Positions 55,782-64,000 of a stretch of DNA of 64,000 bases are shown here, in pieces. The stretch comes from Actinomycetota bacterium (GTDB taxonomy: Bacteria > Actinomycetota > Actinomycetes > S36-B12): assembly GCA_947449035.1 (NCBI GenBank), contig CANFQC010000003.1, positions 24,633 to 88,632 of the forward strand, read 5' to 3'. The first letter of the stretch is position 1. Each line of letters starts with the position of its first letter. The translations under genes were made by a program, and so were the position numbers. The notes under the pieces are model-generated. The model made no database searches. It was not told the DNA's origin and was given only the letters and a program-made list of their open reading frames with translations.

Positions 55782-56000
55782 GGTGTCTCCCTGTGCGTTG
55801 AGAACATCTGACTCTAAGGCAGGTCCTTCAGATCAGCCAGACTTCAGGCAAGGCGGGGGCGAACTTTGCAGGAATACCGAACATCGATTTAGGGGTTTCC
55901 CTTAAGTGTCGAGGCCCTTGCCGATTCCCCTGGGTTACGGCTTTACGGCAATCAGAATTCCCCTATGGTGTCGCTATCGAGCCAGACATGAAGAGGAGCC

Positions 56001-57023
56001 ATGGCGCAGGCAACGAATAGAGCGCAGTACGACCCGGCAGGTAACCCCAAGTTGCTGAGCACGGCCCCTCGAGTCATCGCTCTGGTGATTCTGCCGGTCA
56101 GCTTCGTGATCTTCCTCCTGGTCACGTTGAGTGCTGAGCATGCATCGTCTGTCATTTTCGGCATCGGCGTAGTAGCGCTGCTTCTCATCGAGCTTTGGCG
56201 ACGGATCATTCAACGCGCAAAGGTGAAGAGCGACGTACTTCAGGACGCCACAACCTCGCTGATTGTCCAGCTGATCACCGGCCTGATGAACAACATCATC
56301 ATGGTTCCACTGATCTTCATCTGGATGACCTTTGTCTCCAAGCTCACTCCGCTCCATCTGCAGCAGCGGATCGCTGATCTGTTCGACGGCAACCTCAAGA
56401 ATCCCTACGCGATCGCGGTTACCTTGGCCATCGCGCTCGTGTGCGCTGATTTCCTCTACTACTGGGCGCACCGCGGTGGTCACCGCATCGAGCTCTTCTG
56501 GGCATCCCATTCGGTCCACCACTCCAGCGAGCACTACAACCCCACTACGGCCACTCGCATCTCGTTCCTTGATGAAGCCTGGGACCTGTTCATGATGTCG
56601 GTTATGTGCCTGCTCGGACTCAACCCGTTCTACGCTCTAGGTGCGTATGCGATCGTTCTGCTGTGGCAACTGCCGGTGCACCAGACCTGGATGGGAACGC
56701 TGCCGCGCTGGTATGAGTTCATCTTCAATTCGCCTGAGCACCACCGCGTGCACCATGCATTCCAGAAGATCTACATCGACAAGAACTTCGGTGGCATCAC
56801 GATTCTTTGGGATCGACTCTTCGGTACCTACGCTGACGTCGACCCCAGCGATCCGCCGAAATATGGCCTCACGGTTGCCATCGGCACCTACAACCCGGTC
56901 AAGGTGCTCTTCATCGAATTCGGCCATATCGGGAGCAACCTTCGACACGCGAAATCCCCCAGCGAGGCCCTCGGATACGTCTTTAAGCAGCCTTACTGGA
57001 AGCCGGCAGACAAGGCTGCCTAG
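56001..57023 (+). CDS. Fatty acid hydroxylase / sterol desaturase-superfamily membrane di-iron enzyme
   Basis: Histidine boxes HRGGH, HSVHHSSEH and EHHRVHH, with 4-5 TM segments. SD GAGGAG. Confidence 0.85.
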   Translation: MAQATNRAQYDPAGNPKLLSTAPRVIALVILPVSFVIFLLVTLSAEHASSVIFGIGVVALLLIELWRRIIQRAKVKSDVLQDATTSLIVQLITGLMNNIIMVPLIFIWMTFVSKLTPLHLQQRIADLFDGNLKNPYAIAVTLAIALVCADFLYYWAHRGGHRIELFWASHSVHHSSEHYNPTTATRISFLDEAWDLFMMSVMCLLGLNPFYALGAYAIVLLWQLPVHQTWMGTLPRWYEFIFNSPEHHRVHHAFQKIYIDKNFGGITILWDRLFGTYADVDPSDPPKYGLTVAIGTYNPVKVLFIEFGHIGSNLRHAKSPSEALGYVFKQPYWKPADKAA

Positions 57024-57095
57024 TACTGGCATCGACTGACCATCACGAATGCGCCAAGTTGCAGACGAGGTGAATTGCACGAGAGGTAGGTAGCC

Positions 57096-58532
57096 ATGGC
57101 TCATGCAAGCGCACCTGTGACATCCAGCGGTGAGCACGACTCATACCGCACCGGCCGAGTCGTGATGCTGGCCGGAACCGCCGCTCTCGGCGGCTTCCTC
57201 TTCGGCTTCGACTCTGCGGTGGTGAACGGCGCTACGTCAGCCATCCGCACCACCTTTGGCTTGAGCGAATTCACGCTGGGCTTTGTCGTGGCGATTGCGC
57301 TCATTGGCTCAGCGCTCGGCGCGTGGTTCTCGGGCCTGCTCGCGGATCGCTTCGGCCGCCGCCGAGTGATGGTGATGGCGGCCGCGCTGTTCTTCGTAGC
57401 CGCCTTCGGCCAGGCATTTCCGATCGGTGTCTGGGATCTGTGCCTCTGGCGATTCATCGGCGGCGCTGGAATCGGCGTAGCCAGCGTGATGGCGCCGATG
57501 TACATCGCGGAGGTTGCCCCCGCGCAGTTGCGTGGACGCATGGGATCCCTCCAGCAACTCGCCATCGTGCTCGGCATCTTCGCCACCGGCCTGACCAACT
57601 TCCTGATCCTGAATGCGGCCGGCGGTAACTCGCTCAATCCCTGGCTTCTGGGGCTCGAAGCGTGGAAGTGGATGTTCCTCACGATGGTGATTCCTGCCGC
57701 GATCTACGGGATTCTCGCCTGGCGGCTGCCTGAGTCACCGCGCTACCTAATTGAGGTCGGCCGGGATGCAGAGGCTGCGGAGGTACTCGGTCAGGTCTAC
57801 ATCGATCGCATCGCCGAGCGGGTCGCCGAGATCAAGGCCAGCATGGCCGGCCACGCAAAGTCGAGTCTGAAAGATCTTCGCGGCAATCGTTTCGGTCTAC
57901 AGCCCATCGTCTGGGTCGCAATCATCCTTGCCGCTCTCCAGCAATTCGTCGGCATCAATGCGGTCTTCTACTACTCCAATCAAATCTGGCAGTCAGTCGG
58001 CTTCAGTGAAGATCAGGCCTTCGGCACCTCCCTGATCACCACAGGCATCAACGTGCTCTTCACCTTCGTCGCGATCGCCCTCATCGATCGTGTGGGACGC
58101 AAGCCACTTCTACTCGTGGGTTCTATCGGGATGACCACCACGCTGGCTGTTCTGACCTTTGTATTTGCGACCGCACCTCTCGACGGTGCAGGTGATCCCG
58201 TGCTCAGTCGAGGTACGGGGCTCGTTGCGGTACTTGCCTTCAACCTCTATGTCGCATTCTTCGCGGCAACGTGGGGTCCGGTCCTCTGGGTACTTCTCGG
58301 CGAGATGTTCTCGAACCGCATCAGGGCGGCTGCACTCGCTCTCGCCGCTGCCGCAAACTGGGTGGCGAACTTCATCATCACGATGTCGTTCCCCTGGCTT
58401 GCGGATCGCGGTCTAGGTCTTGCCTATTCGATCTTCACGATCTTCGCCCTGCTCTCTATTCCCTTCGTACTTCGCAAACTCAAGGAGACCAAGGGCGTCG
58501 AGCTGGAGAACATGGCCAGCGTCGGCATGTGA
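57096..58532 (+). CDS. MFS sugar porter (glucose/inositol:H+ symporter type)
   Basis: GGFLFGFDSAVVNGA, LADRFGRR, PESPRYL, and WGPVLWVLLGEMF are sugar-transporter signatures. Confidence 0.9.
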   Translation: MAHASAPVTSSGEHDSYRTGRVVMLAGTAALGGFLFGFDSAVVNGATSAIRTTFGLSEFTLGFVVAIALIGSALGAWFSGLLADRFGRRRVMVMAAALFFVAAFGQAFPIGVWDLCLWRFIGGAGIGVASVMAPMYIAEVAPAQLRGRMGSLQQLAIVLGIFATGLTNFLILNAAGGNSLNPWLLGLEAWKWMFLTMVIPAAIYGILAWRLPESPRYLIEVGRDAEAAEVLGQVYIDRIAERVAEIKASMAGHAKSSLKDLRGNRFGLQPIVWVAIILAALQQFVGINAVFYYSNQIWQSVGFSEDQAFGTSLITTGINVLFTFVAIALIDRVGRKPLLLVGSIGMTTTLAVLTFVFATAPLDGAGDPVLSRGTGLVAVLAFNLYVAFFAATWGPVLWVLLGEMFSNRIRAAALALAAAANWVANFIITMSFPWLADRGLGLAYSIFTIFALLSIPFVLRKLKETKGVELENMASVGM

Positions 58533-58651
58533 GAGTGCCGTCCTTCTGGTGCCTCCGCCACTCGCAGTGAGGCTCCGGCTCTTGAGCGAATACTGCTAGC
58601 GTTTCGCGCATCCAGAACGAGGACTCTCCTCGATGCGGATATGGAGGCTTG

Positions 58652-60412
58652 ATGCTCAGTCACCGCCGGCGGAATTTCGCCCTGGCTATCGCGGCGCTCG
58701 CGATCACCGCGGGAATCTCGGCTCCCGCTGCTGCGGCCGCAGAGAGCATCGGCGACTATGCCGTCAAGGTCACCCTCACTCCTGATGCGGTGATGCAGGT
58801 TGACGAGAACATTGCCTACGACTTCGGCGGTGAGCCCGACAGGCACGGAATCCAGCGCGATCTCGTCCTCAAGGATGCCCTGAGCGATGGCAACATCCAG
58901 GTCTACGGCGTGAACGTCGTCTCGGTCACCGCCGATGGCGCTCCGGTCCCATTTTCTGTGACCGATAACGGCGACTACTTGAGCGTGCGTATTGGTGACC
59001 CGAATGCCAACGTCAGCGGCAAGGTCACCTATGACATCAATTACTCGGTCACCGGGGCCGTCAAGGCACTGACCGCCGATGAGGCCGCGTCGAACAGCAG
59101 CCTGACTGCCGGTGATGTCGAGCTGTACTGGGATTTCATCGGCAATGGCTGGGGGGTGCCCATTTCCTCTGCAGTTGCCAGCGTCCACGGTCCTGCTCCG
59201 GCCGTAGCTTCGGCTTGCTACTACGGAGCCGCGGGCAGCACCAACGAGTGCACGATCGCCGAGCTTGATGGTGATTTGATCACCGGACAGGTCAGCTTGG
59301 GCGATTACGAATCCCTCACCATCGTGGCGGCTTATCCGGCTTCGGCATTCACCTCTGTGCCGAAACCGAACATTGAGGTGCCCTACGTGATCCCCGGCAT
59401 CGCCTGGATCATCAGCCTGGTCGTCGCACTGATCGCCTTCATCATTCCGATCGCTTTCGTGCGAGGCAAGCGTCGTGAGTTGAGCGGTAATGCCCTCGAT
59501 GGAGCTCCCGTGCAATTTGAGCCGCCGGATTCCGTTCGTCCGGCGCAGCTGCAGGCAGCACTCGACGGCAAGGTCGATGCTCGCGGAGCCGTGGCCACAC
59601 TTCTTGATCTCACCGCTCGCGGGCATCTCACCTTGTCGACTGAGGATGGGGGGCTCCTGCACAAGGACTCCATCACCATCACCCGCAAGCCGGAGGCTAC
59701 CGACGCTCTTGCGCCGTGGGAGGACGCCTTCCTCACGGGATTGCTCGGTAGCGGCGATTCCAAGACCCTGGCCGGTTACGACGCTGCTCTCGCCTCCACC
59801 TTGCACAACACGTCAACGGTGCTCGTCACCGAGGCCGAGACCTCTCACCGACGCACGCAGACGCGCAACAACGGATTCCGTGTTGCTTTGCTGGGCATCG
59901 GCATTCTCGGACTCATCCTCAGCTTCTTCCTGAGGATCTTCCTTCCTTCTGGCGCCGGAGTCCTGACCCTCATTCCCGGTTTTCTCTTCCTGGTCTCATG
60001 CTTGATAGCCATGCGCCTGGTACCGACTAAAGAATCGGCTGAGTCCGCGAGTTTCCAGAGTCGAGCACGAGGATTCAAGAAGCTGCTCGACACCGACGCA
60101 GCCGAGGCACGGCGAGAGTTCGCACAGCGCAGCGGGCTTCAGCCGTTCGCCATCTTCGCCACGATGCTGCCGTACGCGGTGATCTTCGGCCTCTCTGAGT
60201 CGTGGACACAGGCATTCCCCGAGATCACCATCGAGCAGCTGAACTCCGCTGGCTACTACTTCGGCTCCGCCTGGGCCATGCAGAACTTCATTGACTCCAC
60301 CCAGCACGTCATGACGATGGCCGCCACTGAACCGAGCCGTAGCTCGGGTTCGGGTTTCAGCGGCGGATTCTCCGGCGGCGGTGGCGGCGGTGGCGGCGGC
60401 GGAAGTTGGTAA
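58652..60412 (+). CDS. DUF2207-domain membrane protein with a poly-Gly C-terminus
   Basis: Signal peptide, a large extracytoplasmic beta-rich domain and several TM segments. C-terminus SGSGFSGGFSGGGGGGGGGGSW is typical of DUF2207. ATG 58652 lies 4 nt after GGAGG. Confidence 0.75.
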   Translation: MLSHRRRNFALAIAALAITAGISAPAAAAAESIGDYAVKVTLTPDAVMQVDENIAYDFGGEPDRHGIQRDLVLKDALSDGNIQVYGVNVVSVTADGAPVPFSVTDNGDYLSVRIGDPNANVSGKVTYDINYSVTGAVKALTADEAASNSSLTAGDVELYWDFIGNGWGVPISSAVASVHGPAPAVASACYYGAAGSTNECTIAELDGDLITGQVSLGDYESLTIVAAYPASAFTSVPKPNIEVPYVIPGIAWIISLVVALIAFIIPIAFVRGKRRELSGNALDGAPVQFEPPDSVRPAQLQAALDGKVDARGAVATLLDLTARGHLTLSTEDGGLLHKDSITITRKPEATDALAPWEDAFLTGLLGSGDSKTLAGYDAALASTLHNTSTVLVTEAETSHRRTQTRNNGFRVALLGIGILGLILSFFLRIFLPSGAGVLTLIPGFLFLVSCLIAMRLVPTKESAESASFQSRARGFKKLLDTDAAEARREFAQRSGLQPFAIFATMLPYAVIFGLSESWTQAFPEITIEQLNSAGYYFGSAWAMQNFIDSTQHVMTMAATEPSRSSGSGFSGGFSGGGGGGGGGGSW

Positions 60413-60445
60413 AGAAGGCAACCATGTTCTACGGAGGGGTTCTCG

Positions 60446-61342
60446 ATGCTGATCGGCGTTGACTGGGGCGGCACCAAGATCGAAGTTGTTGCCCTCGAGC
60501 CTGATGGCACCGAGTTGCTGCGCATTCGCCGCGATACACCGCGGGGCGATTACGAAGGCTGCCTGCGCACCGTTCTGGAACTGATCAACGAAGCCGAGGA
60601 ATCCACGGGCAAGACGGGCTCCATCGGTATCGGAATCCCCGGCTCGCTCGAGCCGATTAGCCGTCTGGGCAAGGGCGGCAGCTCGACATGGATCAATGGC
60701 CAGCCGGTCGAAGCCGATCTCCAACGCGTGATCAATCGAGCGATTCGGGTGGTGAACGATGCCGACTGCTTCGCAGCATCGGAGGCTGTCGACGGAGCGG
60801 GAGTCGGCTACAACGTCGTCTTTGGCGTGATCATGGCAAGCGGCACTGGTGCGGGTATCGCGATTAATGGACGCGCACATCATGGCCCGAACAACAGCGC
60901 CGGCGATTGGGGGCACAACCCGTTGCCACTCGCCCGAGAGGATGAACTGCCGGGTGACGCCTGCTATTGCGGTAAGAATGGCTGCATCGAAACCTGGCTT
61001 TCGGGCTACAGCTTCACGCGCGACTTCATTCGCCATGGCGGCGCTGACCTCAAGCCCGCAGAAATTATGCAACTCAAGCGCACCGGAGATCCTCTCGCCA
61101 TCGCAAACTACGAGCGGTGGATCGATCGTGTGGGTCGCGGACTCTCAGTTGTCGTGAACACCCTCGATCCCGACGTTTTCGTCATGGGCGGTGGCATGAG
61201 CAATATCGACGAGCTCTATGACGACCTACCGGCGAAGATCGGCGAGTACACCTTCTCCCCCGTCTTCCACACCCCGATCGTGCGTTCGGTACACGGTGAC
61301 TCGAGTGGAGTGCGTGGCGCGGCCTGGTTGTGGCGCGACTGA
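60446..61342 (+). CDS. ROK-family sugar kinase (NagK/Mak-like)
   Basis: LIGVDWGGTKIEV ATP-binding N-terminus. ROK Zn motif GDWGHNPL...CYCGKNGCIETWLSG. Confidence 0.85.
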   Translation: MLIGVDWGGTKIEVVALEPDGTELLRIRRDTPRGDYEGCLRTVLELINEAEESTGKTGSIGIGIPGSLEPISRLGKGGSSTWINGQPVEADLQRVINRAIRVVNDADCFAASEAVDGAGVGYNVVFGVIMASGTGAGIAINGRAHHGPNNSAGDWGHNPLPLAREDELPGDACYCGKNGCIETWLSGYSFTRDFIRHGGADLKPAEIMQLKRTGDPLAIANYERWIDRVGRGLSVVVNTLDPDVFVMGGGMSNIDELYDDLPAKIGEYTFSPVFHTPIVRSVHGDSSGVRGAAWLWRD

Positions 61343-61371
61343 GACGTCTGCGGCTCCCGTAGGCTGAGGCC

Positions 61372-62184
61372 ATGGCACTGACGCAGCAGGACATCGACGA
61401 TCGCTTCAACTTCGGCTCGACGTTGATCATTGAGGCTGGCGCGCTCGCCATGACTTACTTCGACTCGCTGGACTCCCTCGATATCAAGAGCAAGGGTCCG
61501 CAGGATTTCGTCAGCGAGGCCGACTACAACACCGAGGTACTGATCAAGGACGCCATTAAGGCTCGCTTTCCCGACGACGCCTTCTTCGGCGAGGAGACCG
61601 GCCCAACCGGCATCGAAGGCGCCGAGGGTATCTGGGTCGTTGATCCGATTGATGGCACACAGCCTTTCCTGATGGGCATGACGAGCTGGTGCGTCTCGAT
61701 CGCGTTCATTCGCGGCGAGGAGATGCTCATCGGCCTGGTCTACAGCCCCGCAGGCAATGAGTTCTTTGCTGCGCAAAAGGGCAAGGGCGCAACCTTGAAT
61801 GGCAAGACGATTCATGTGCGTGACGCGAAGACTCTGAACGATGGCATCGTGAGCGTCGGCTACTCGACTCGCACCGCGCCTTCTGATCTCATCTCGATGA
61901 TGACCGGGCTCCTGGAGAACGGCGGCATGTATCACCGCAACGGCTCAGGTGCGCTCGGTGTGTGCTACGTCGGTAGCGGTGCCCTCATCGGCTACATCGA
62001 GCATCACATCAACGCATGGGACTGCCTCGCCGGCCTGCTGATCGTGCAAGAAGCCGGTGGACGCACCAATGACTTCATCCGAGACAACGGCCTTCATCAC
62101 GGTGGCAATATTTGCGCAGCCGTTCCGGCGCTTTACGACCAGCTTCGAGAATTCATCCCGGCGTCCGCCCCGCTCACGCGTTGA
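61372..62184 (+). CDS. Inositol monophosphatase-family protein
   Basis: FFGEE, WVVDPIDGT and WDCLAG motifs. TAGGCT-N6-ATG start. Confidence 0.9.
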   Translation: MALTQQDIDDRFNFGSTLIIEAGALAMTYFDSLDSLDIKSKGPQDFVSEADYNTEVLIKDAIKARFPDDAFFGEETGPTGIEGAEGIWVVDPIDGTQPFLMGMTSWCVSIAFIRGEEMLIGLVYSPAGNEFFAAQKGKGATLNGKTIHVRDAKTLNDGIVSVGYSTRTAPSDLISMMTGLLENGGMYHRNGSGALGVCYVGSGALIGYIEHHINAWDCLAGLLIVQEAGGRTNDFIRDNGLHHGGNICAAVPALYDQLREFIPASAPLTR

Positions 62185-62567
62185 GTCGAGAACGTGATCG
62201 ACTCGGTCGTCTGGTCGATGAGGGCTCCCCGGACTCAGTTCCGGGAATAGTCGAGCGCGCTGAGATCGAGGCGGACGTGGCCTGGAGCGAGGCGATGAAC
62301 TACCTCGAACGCGACATGCCTTTCCATGCTCATGAGACCTTCGAATTGCGCTGGCGATGCTGCCCCGACAGCGAGCGAGCACTGTGGAAAGCACTTGCCC
62401 GTTGGGCAGCAGCCATCACGCACATCGAACGAGGCAATCGTGCAGGATCTTCGTCAATCGCGCGGGAGACATTGAGCGAGCTTGCCTCACTTGACCCAGC
62501 ACCACTCACGCAAGAGCAAATCGACGGTGTTCTCGCGTCACTGCTCATGCTCAGTCAGTCGAACTGA
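62181..62567 (+). CDS. DUF309-domain protein
   Basis: FHAHETFELRW...LWKALARWAAAITHIERGN matches the DUF309 pattern. The start is uncertain. TTG 62181 overlaps the upstream stop as TTGA. Confidence 0.5.
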   Translation: MSRERDRLGRLVDEGSPDSVPGIVERAEIEADVAWSEAMNYLERDMPFHAHETFELRWRCCPDSERALWKALARWAAAITHIERGNRAGSSSIARETLSELASLDPAPLTQEQIDGVLASLLMLSQSN

Positions 62568-62589
62568 GCCCTGAGCAGATGCCCCGCGT

Positions 62590-64000
62590 CTAGCGAATCC
62601 GGTAGGTCGCGATCTGGCGGTAGGCCAGGTACTTGCCCTTCGCCGGTGCAGTGAGGGTCACGGTGACCTTCGCCGCTGAACTCGACTTCACGATCACCTT
62701 GCCGCCGGAAGTCACAACGCGGCACGCCACGATGTCGCCGACCGGCTTCATCCGATTCAGCGGGATGCACGTCACTAGCGACTTCGCGATCTGCTTGGCG
62801 TTGGTACGCACCGGCTTTGAGAGCACCACGTTCACGCCCTTATGCAGTTCGTCGGGCAGCGTGAGATTAAGGGCGTGCTGATCCTTGCCGGTCTCGAGCG
62901 GCACATCGACCTCGGCCACCGTGCCATCGCGCTCCTTGACGATGATCACGAGTTCGACAGGACCGTCATACGTGGGGTCCGGGGTGTAGATGACCTGGCC
63001 ATCCTCGATCACGGCCTTGCCATGCTCAGGATCCTTGACGTCAATCGCCTCTGCGTCATCGGGAACTCCCGGCAGATCACCCGGCACAATGACAACCGAC
63101 TCGTCGATGGGGGCAGGAATAGGCTCCGGCAGATCCGGAGTGATGGTCTCGGTCGGCTTCGGCACCACCGTGGGGGTCGGGGTCGGCGTTTCGGCCGGCG
63201 GGTTCACCGGAGGCTTGGTCGCCTCCGGAGTGATGCACGATTCCGTGGTGAAGTAGATGTGATCGAGGAAGTTGCCGATGCTCTTGTTCTTCGAGGCTGT
63301 CGGCCCGGACTCGAAACCGAAACGAGTCGACGTCTGGCCGGCAGGAACTACGTAGGTTCCGGTGTGCAGCACCCAGCCCGCGGTCAGCGCATCGTTGATT
63401 GTCGTGGTGGAGTTCGGCGTGGCATTCGGTGCGCCGATGTTCACGTACATGGTGTCGCCCACGGAACCCGCACCACGTGCGCGGTGGTACAGCGACCACA
63501 CGAGCTTTTGACCCGGAACGGTTTCTACCTCTTGGTACAACTCGGAATCCTGGGTGGCATTGAGCTCAGCGAACTGATTACCCGAGGGTGAGCTGACTCC
63601 GCCGTAGCCATTAGACCAAATCTCTATCTTCCTATCAGTCGCGGTGGTGTTCCAGCCGGGTACCGAAGTGTCGATGATCTGGCGGTACGACTTCGCAGGA
63701 ATTGAAGGCTCTTCGAAACTCCCATTCAGCAAGGCGGTATCGGTGCTGCTGCAGATGATCTCTGCACTCGACGCACTTGCCGACGTCGAGGGAGATGCGG
63801 AGGCACTCGGTGACGCGGTTGCTGTATCGCTTGGCGATGATGAAGTGGTGGGCTGCGACGTCTCGGGCTCGGCCGGCGGTGCAGGCGGCGTCGGAGCCGG
63901 CCGATCTGTCGCGAGCCACAGTTGGTAACTCGGAATTCCACTCAGCCTCGTCGAGGTGAACGTCATGGACTTGACTGCAGAGGTCGGACTGAACCAGGCA
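62590..64000 (-). CDS. Large secreted/surface protein with a lectin/jelly-roll-like domain and Ig-like repeats. The reading frame stays open to the right window edge, so the N-terminus may lie outside the window.
   Basis: LNGSFEEP...VPGWNT...IEIWSNGYGG...GNQFAELNA...YQEVETVPG...GNFLDHIYF resembles DUF642/CBM-like domains. Pro/Thr linkers are present. VKDPEHGKAVIEDGQVIYTPDPTYDGPVELVI is Ig/cadherin-like. The 11 codons upstream of ATG 63966 contain no stop. Confidence 0.55.
   Translation of the reverse strand, partial: AWFSPTSAVKSMTFTSTRLSGIPSYQLWLATDRPAPTPPAPPAEPETSQPTTSSSPSDTATASPSASASPSTSASASSAEIICSSTDTALLNGSFEEPSIPAKSYRQIIDTSVPGWNTTATDRKIEIWSNGYGGVSSPSGNQFAELNATQDSELYQEVETVPGQKLVWSLYHRARGAGSVGDTMYVNIGAPNATPNSTTTINDALTAGWVLHTGTYVVPAGQTSTRFGFESGPTASKNKSIGNFLDHIYFTTESCITPEATKPPVNPPAETPTPTPTVVPKPTETITPDLPEPIPAPIDESVVIVPGDLPGVPDDAEAIDVKDPEHGKAVIEDGQVIYTPDPTYDGPVELVIIVKERDGTVAEVDVPLETGKDQHALNLTLPDELHKGVNVVLSKPVRTNAKQIAKSLVTCIPLNRMKPVGDIVACRVVTSGGKVIVKSSSAAKVTVTLTAPAKGKYLAYRQIATYRIR

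Noticed and set aside
58424-59806. 460-aa minus-strand ORF
   Set aside because: It is antisense to the sugar porter end and the DUF2207 gene. It has no SD or promoter geometry and a biased composition. It is a GC-rich frame artefact.
60352-60409. GGC/GGT simple repeat. Also the Ser/Thr-coding repeat at 41150..41262, the Ser/Ala-coding run at 36650..36740, and the PGQ repeat at 54795..54893. I considered these as possible CRISPR or non-coding arrays.
   Set aside because: All lie in frame inside well-supported ORFs and encode low-complexity protein tails. There is no repeat-spacer periodicity and no cas genes.
59996-61072. 358-aa minus-strand ORF
   Set aside because: It overlaps the DUF2207 3' end and the whole ROK kinase in antisense. 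The ROK gene has clear motifs and an SD, and this ORF has none.
49426-62567. Possible genomic island integrated at tRNA-Arg (an accessory-looking run of oxidoreductases, secreted proteins and sugar genes)
   Set aside because: There is no integrase, transposase or phage gene. I saw no direct repeat of the tRNA 3' end. Apart from short intergenic gaps, there is no obvious composition shift, and the leaderless promoter style matches the rest of the window.

Overview
This is a high-GC actinobacterial chromosomal window (Actinomycetota, possibly Micrococcales). It is densely coded, with about 65 protein genes and 2 tRNAs. I saw no rRNA, CRISPR array, transposase, integrase or obvious prophage.

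Three blocks share gene order with Mycobacterium tuberculosis:
- rlmB-cysS-ispF-ispD-carD-lipoprotein matches Rv3579c-Rv3584.
- regX3-senX3 / phoU / mshA-ybjN-gpmA matches Rv0486-Rv0491.
- FmdB(Ruc)-5FCL-galU-[moeA1/glp missing]-rimJ-Rv0996-like matches Rv0991c-Rv0996.

The less ordinary parts are:
1. A translationally coupled four-gene operon at 32.2-36.5 kb: GT4 glycosyltransferase, an unknown protein, a GH130-like protein with an N-terminal extension, and a PMI-type cupin. I consider this the best candidate for an uncharacterized system.
2. A module at 1.7-6.2 kb: COG4705-like membrane protein, OmpR/HK two-component pair, a DUF2231-cytochrome b5 fusion, and a secreted cytochrome b5.
3. A large amine/amino-alcohol catabolic cluster at 6.2-17.3 kb that uses gamma-glutamylation, plus a choline/ethanolamine-type kinase and a dimethylglycine-dehydrogenase-like fusion.
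4. A 5'-truncated egtD remnant next to tRNA-Arg.
5. A cluster of GTGAAC/GTTCAC (PHO-box-core-like) motifs in a convergent intergenic gap at 50.8-51.0 kb.
6. A TANNNT-N6-start architecture at about 21 start codons, indicating leaderless mRNAs. I used it to refine several start calls.

All functional calls come from reading the translated sequences and recalling family motifs. No database search was run.
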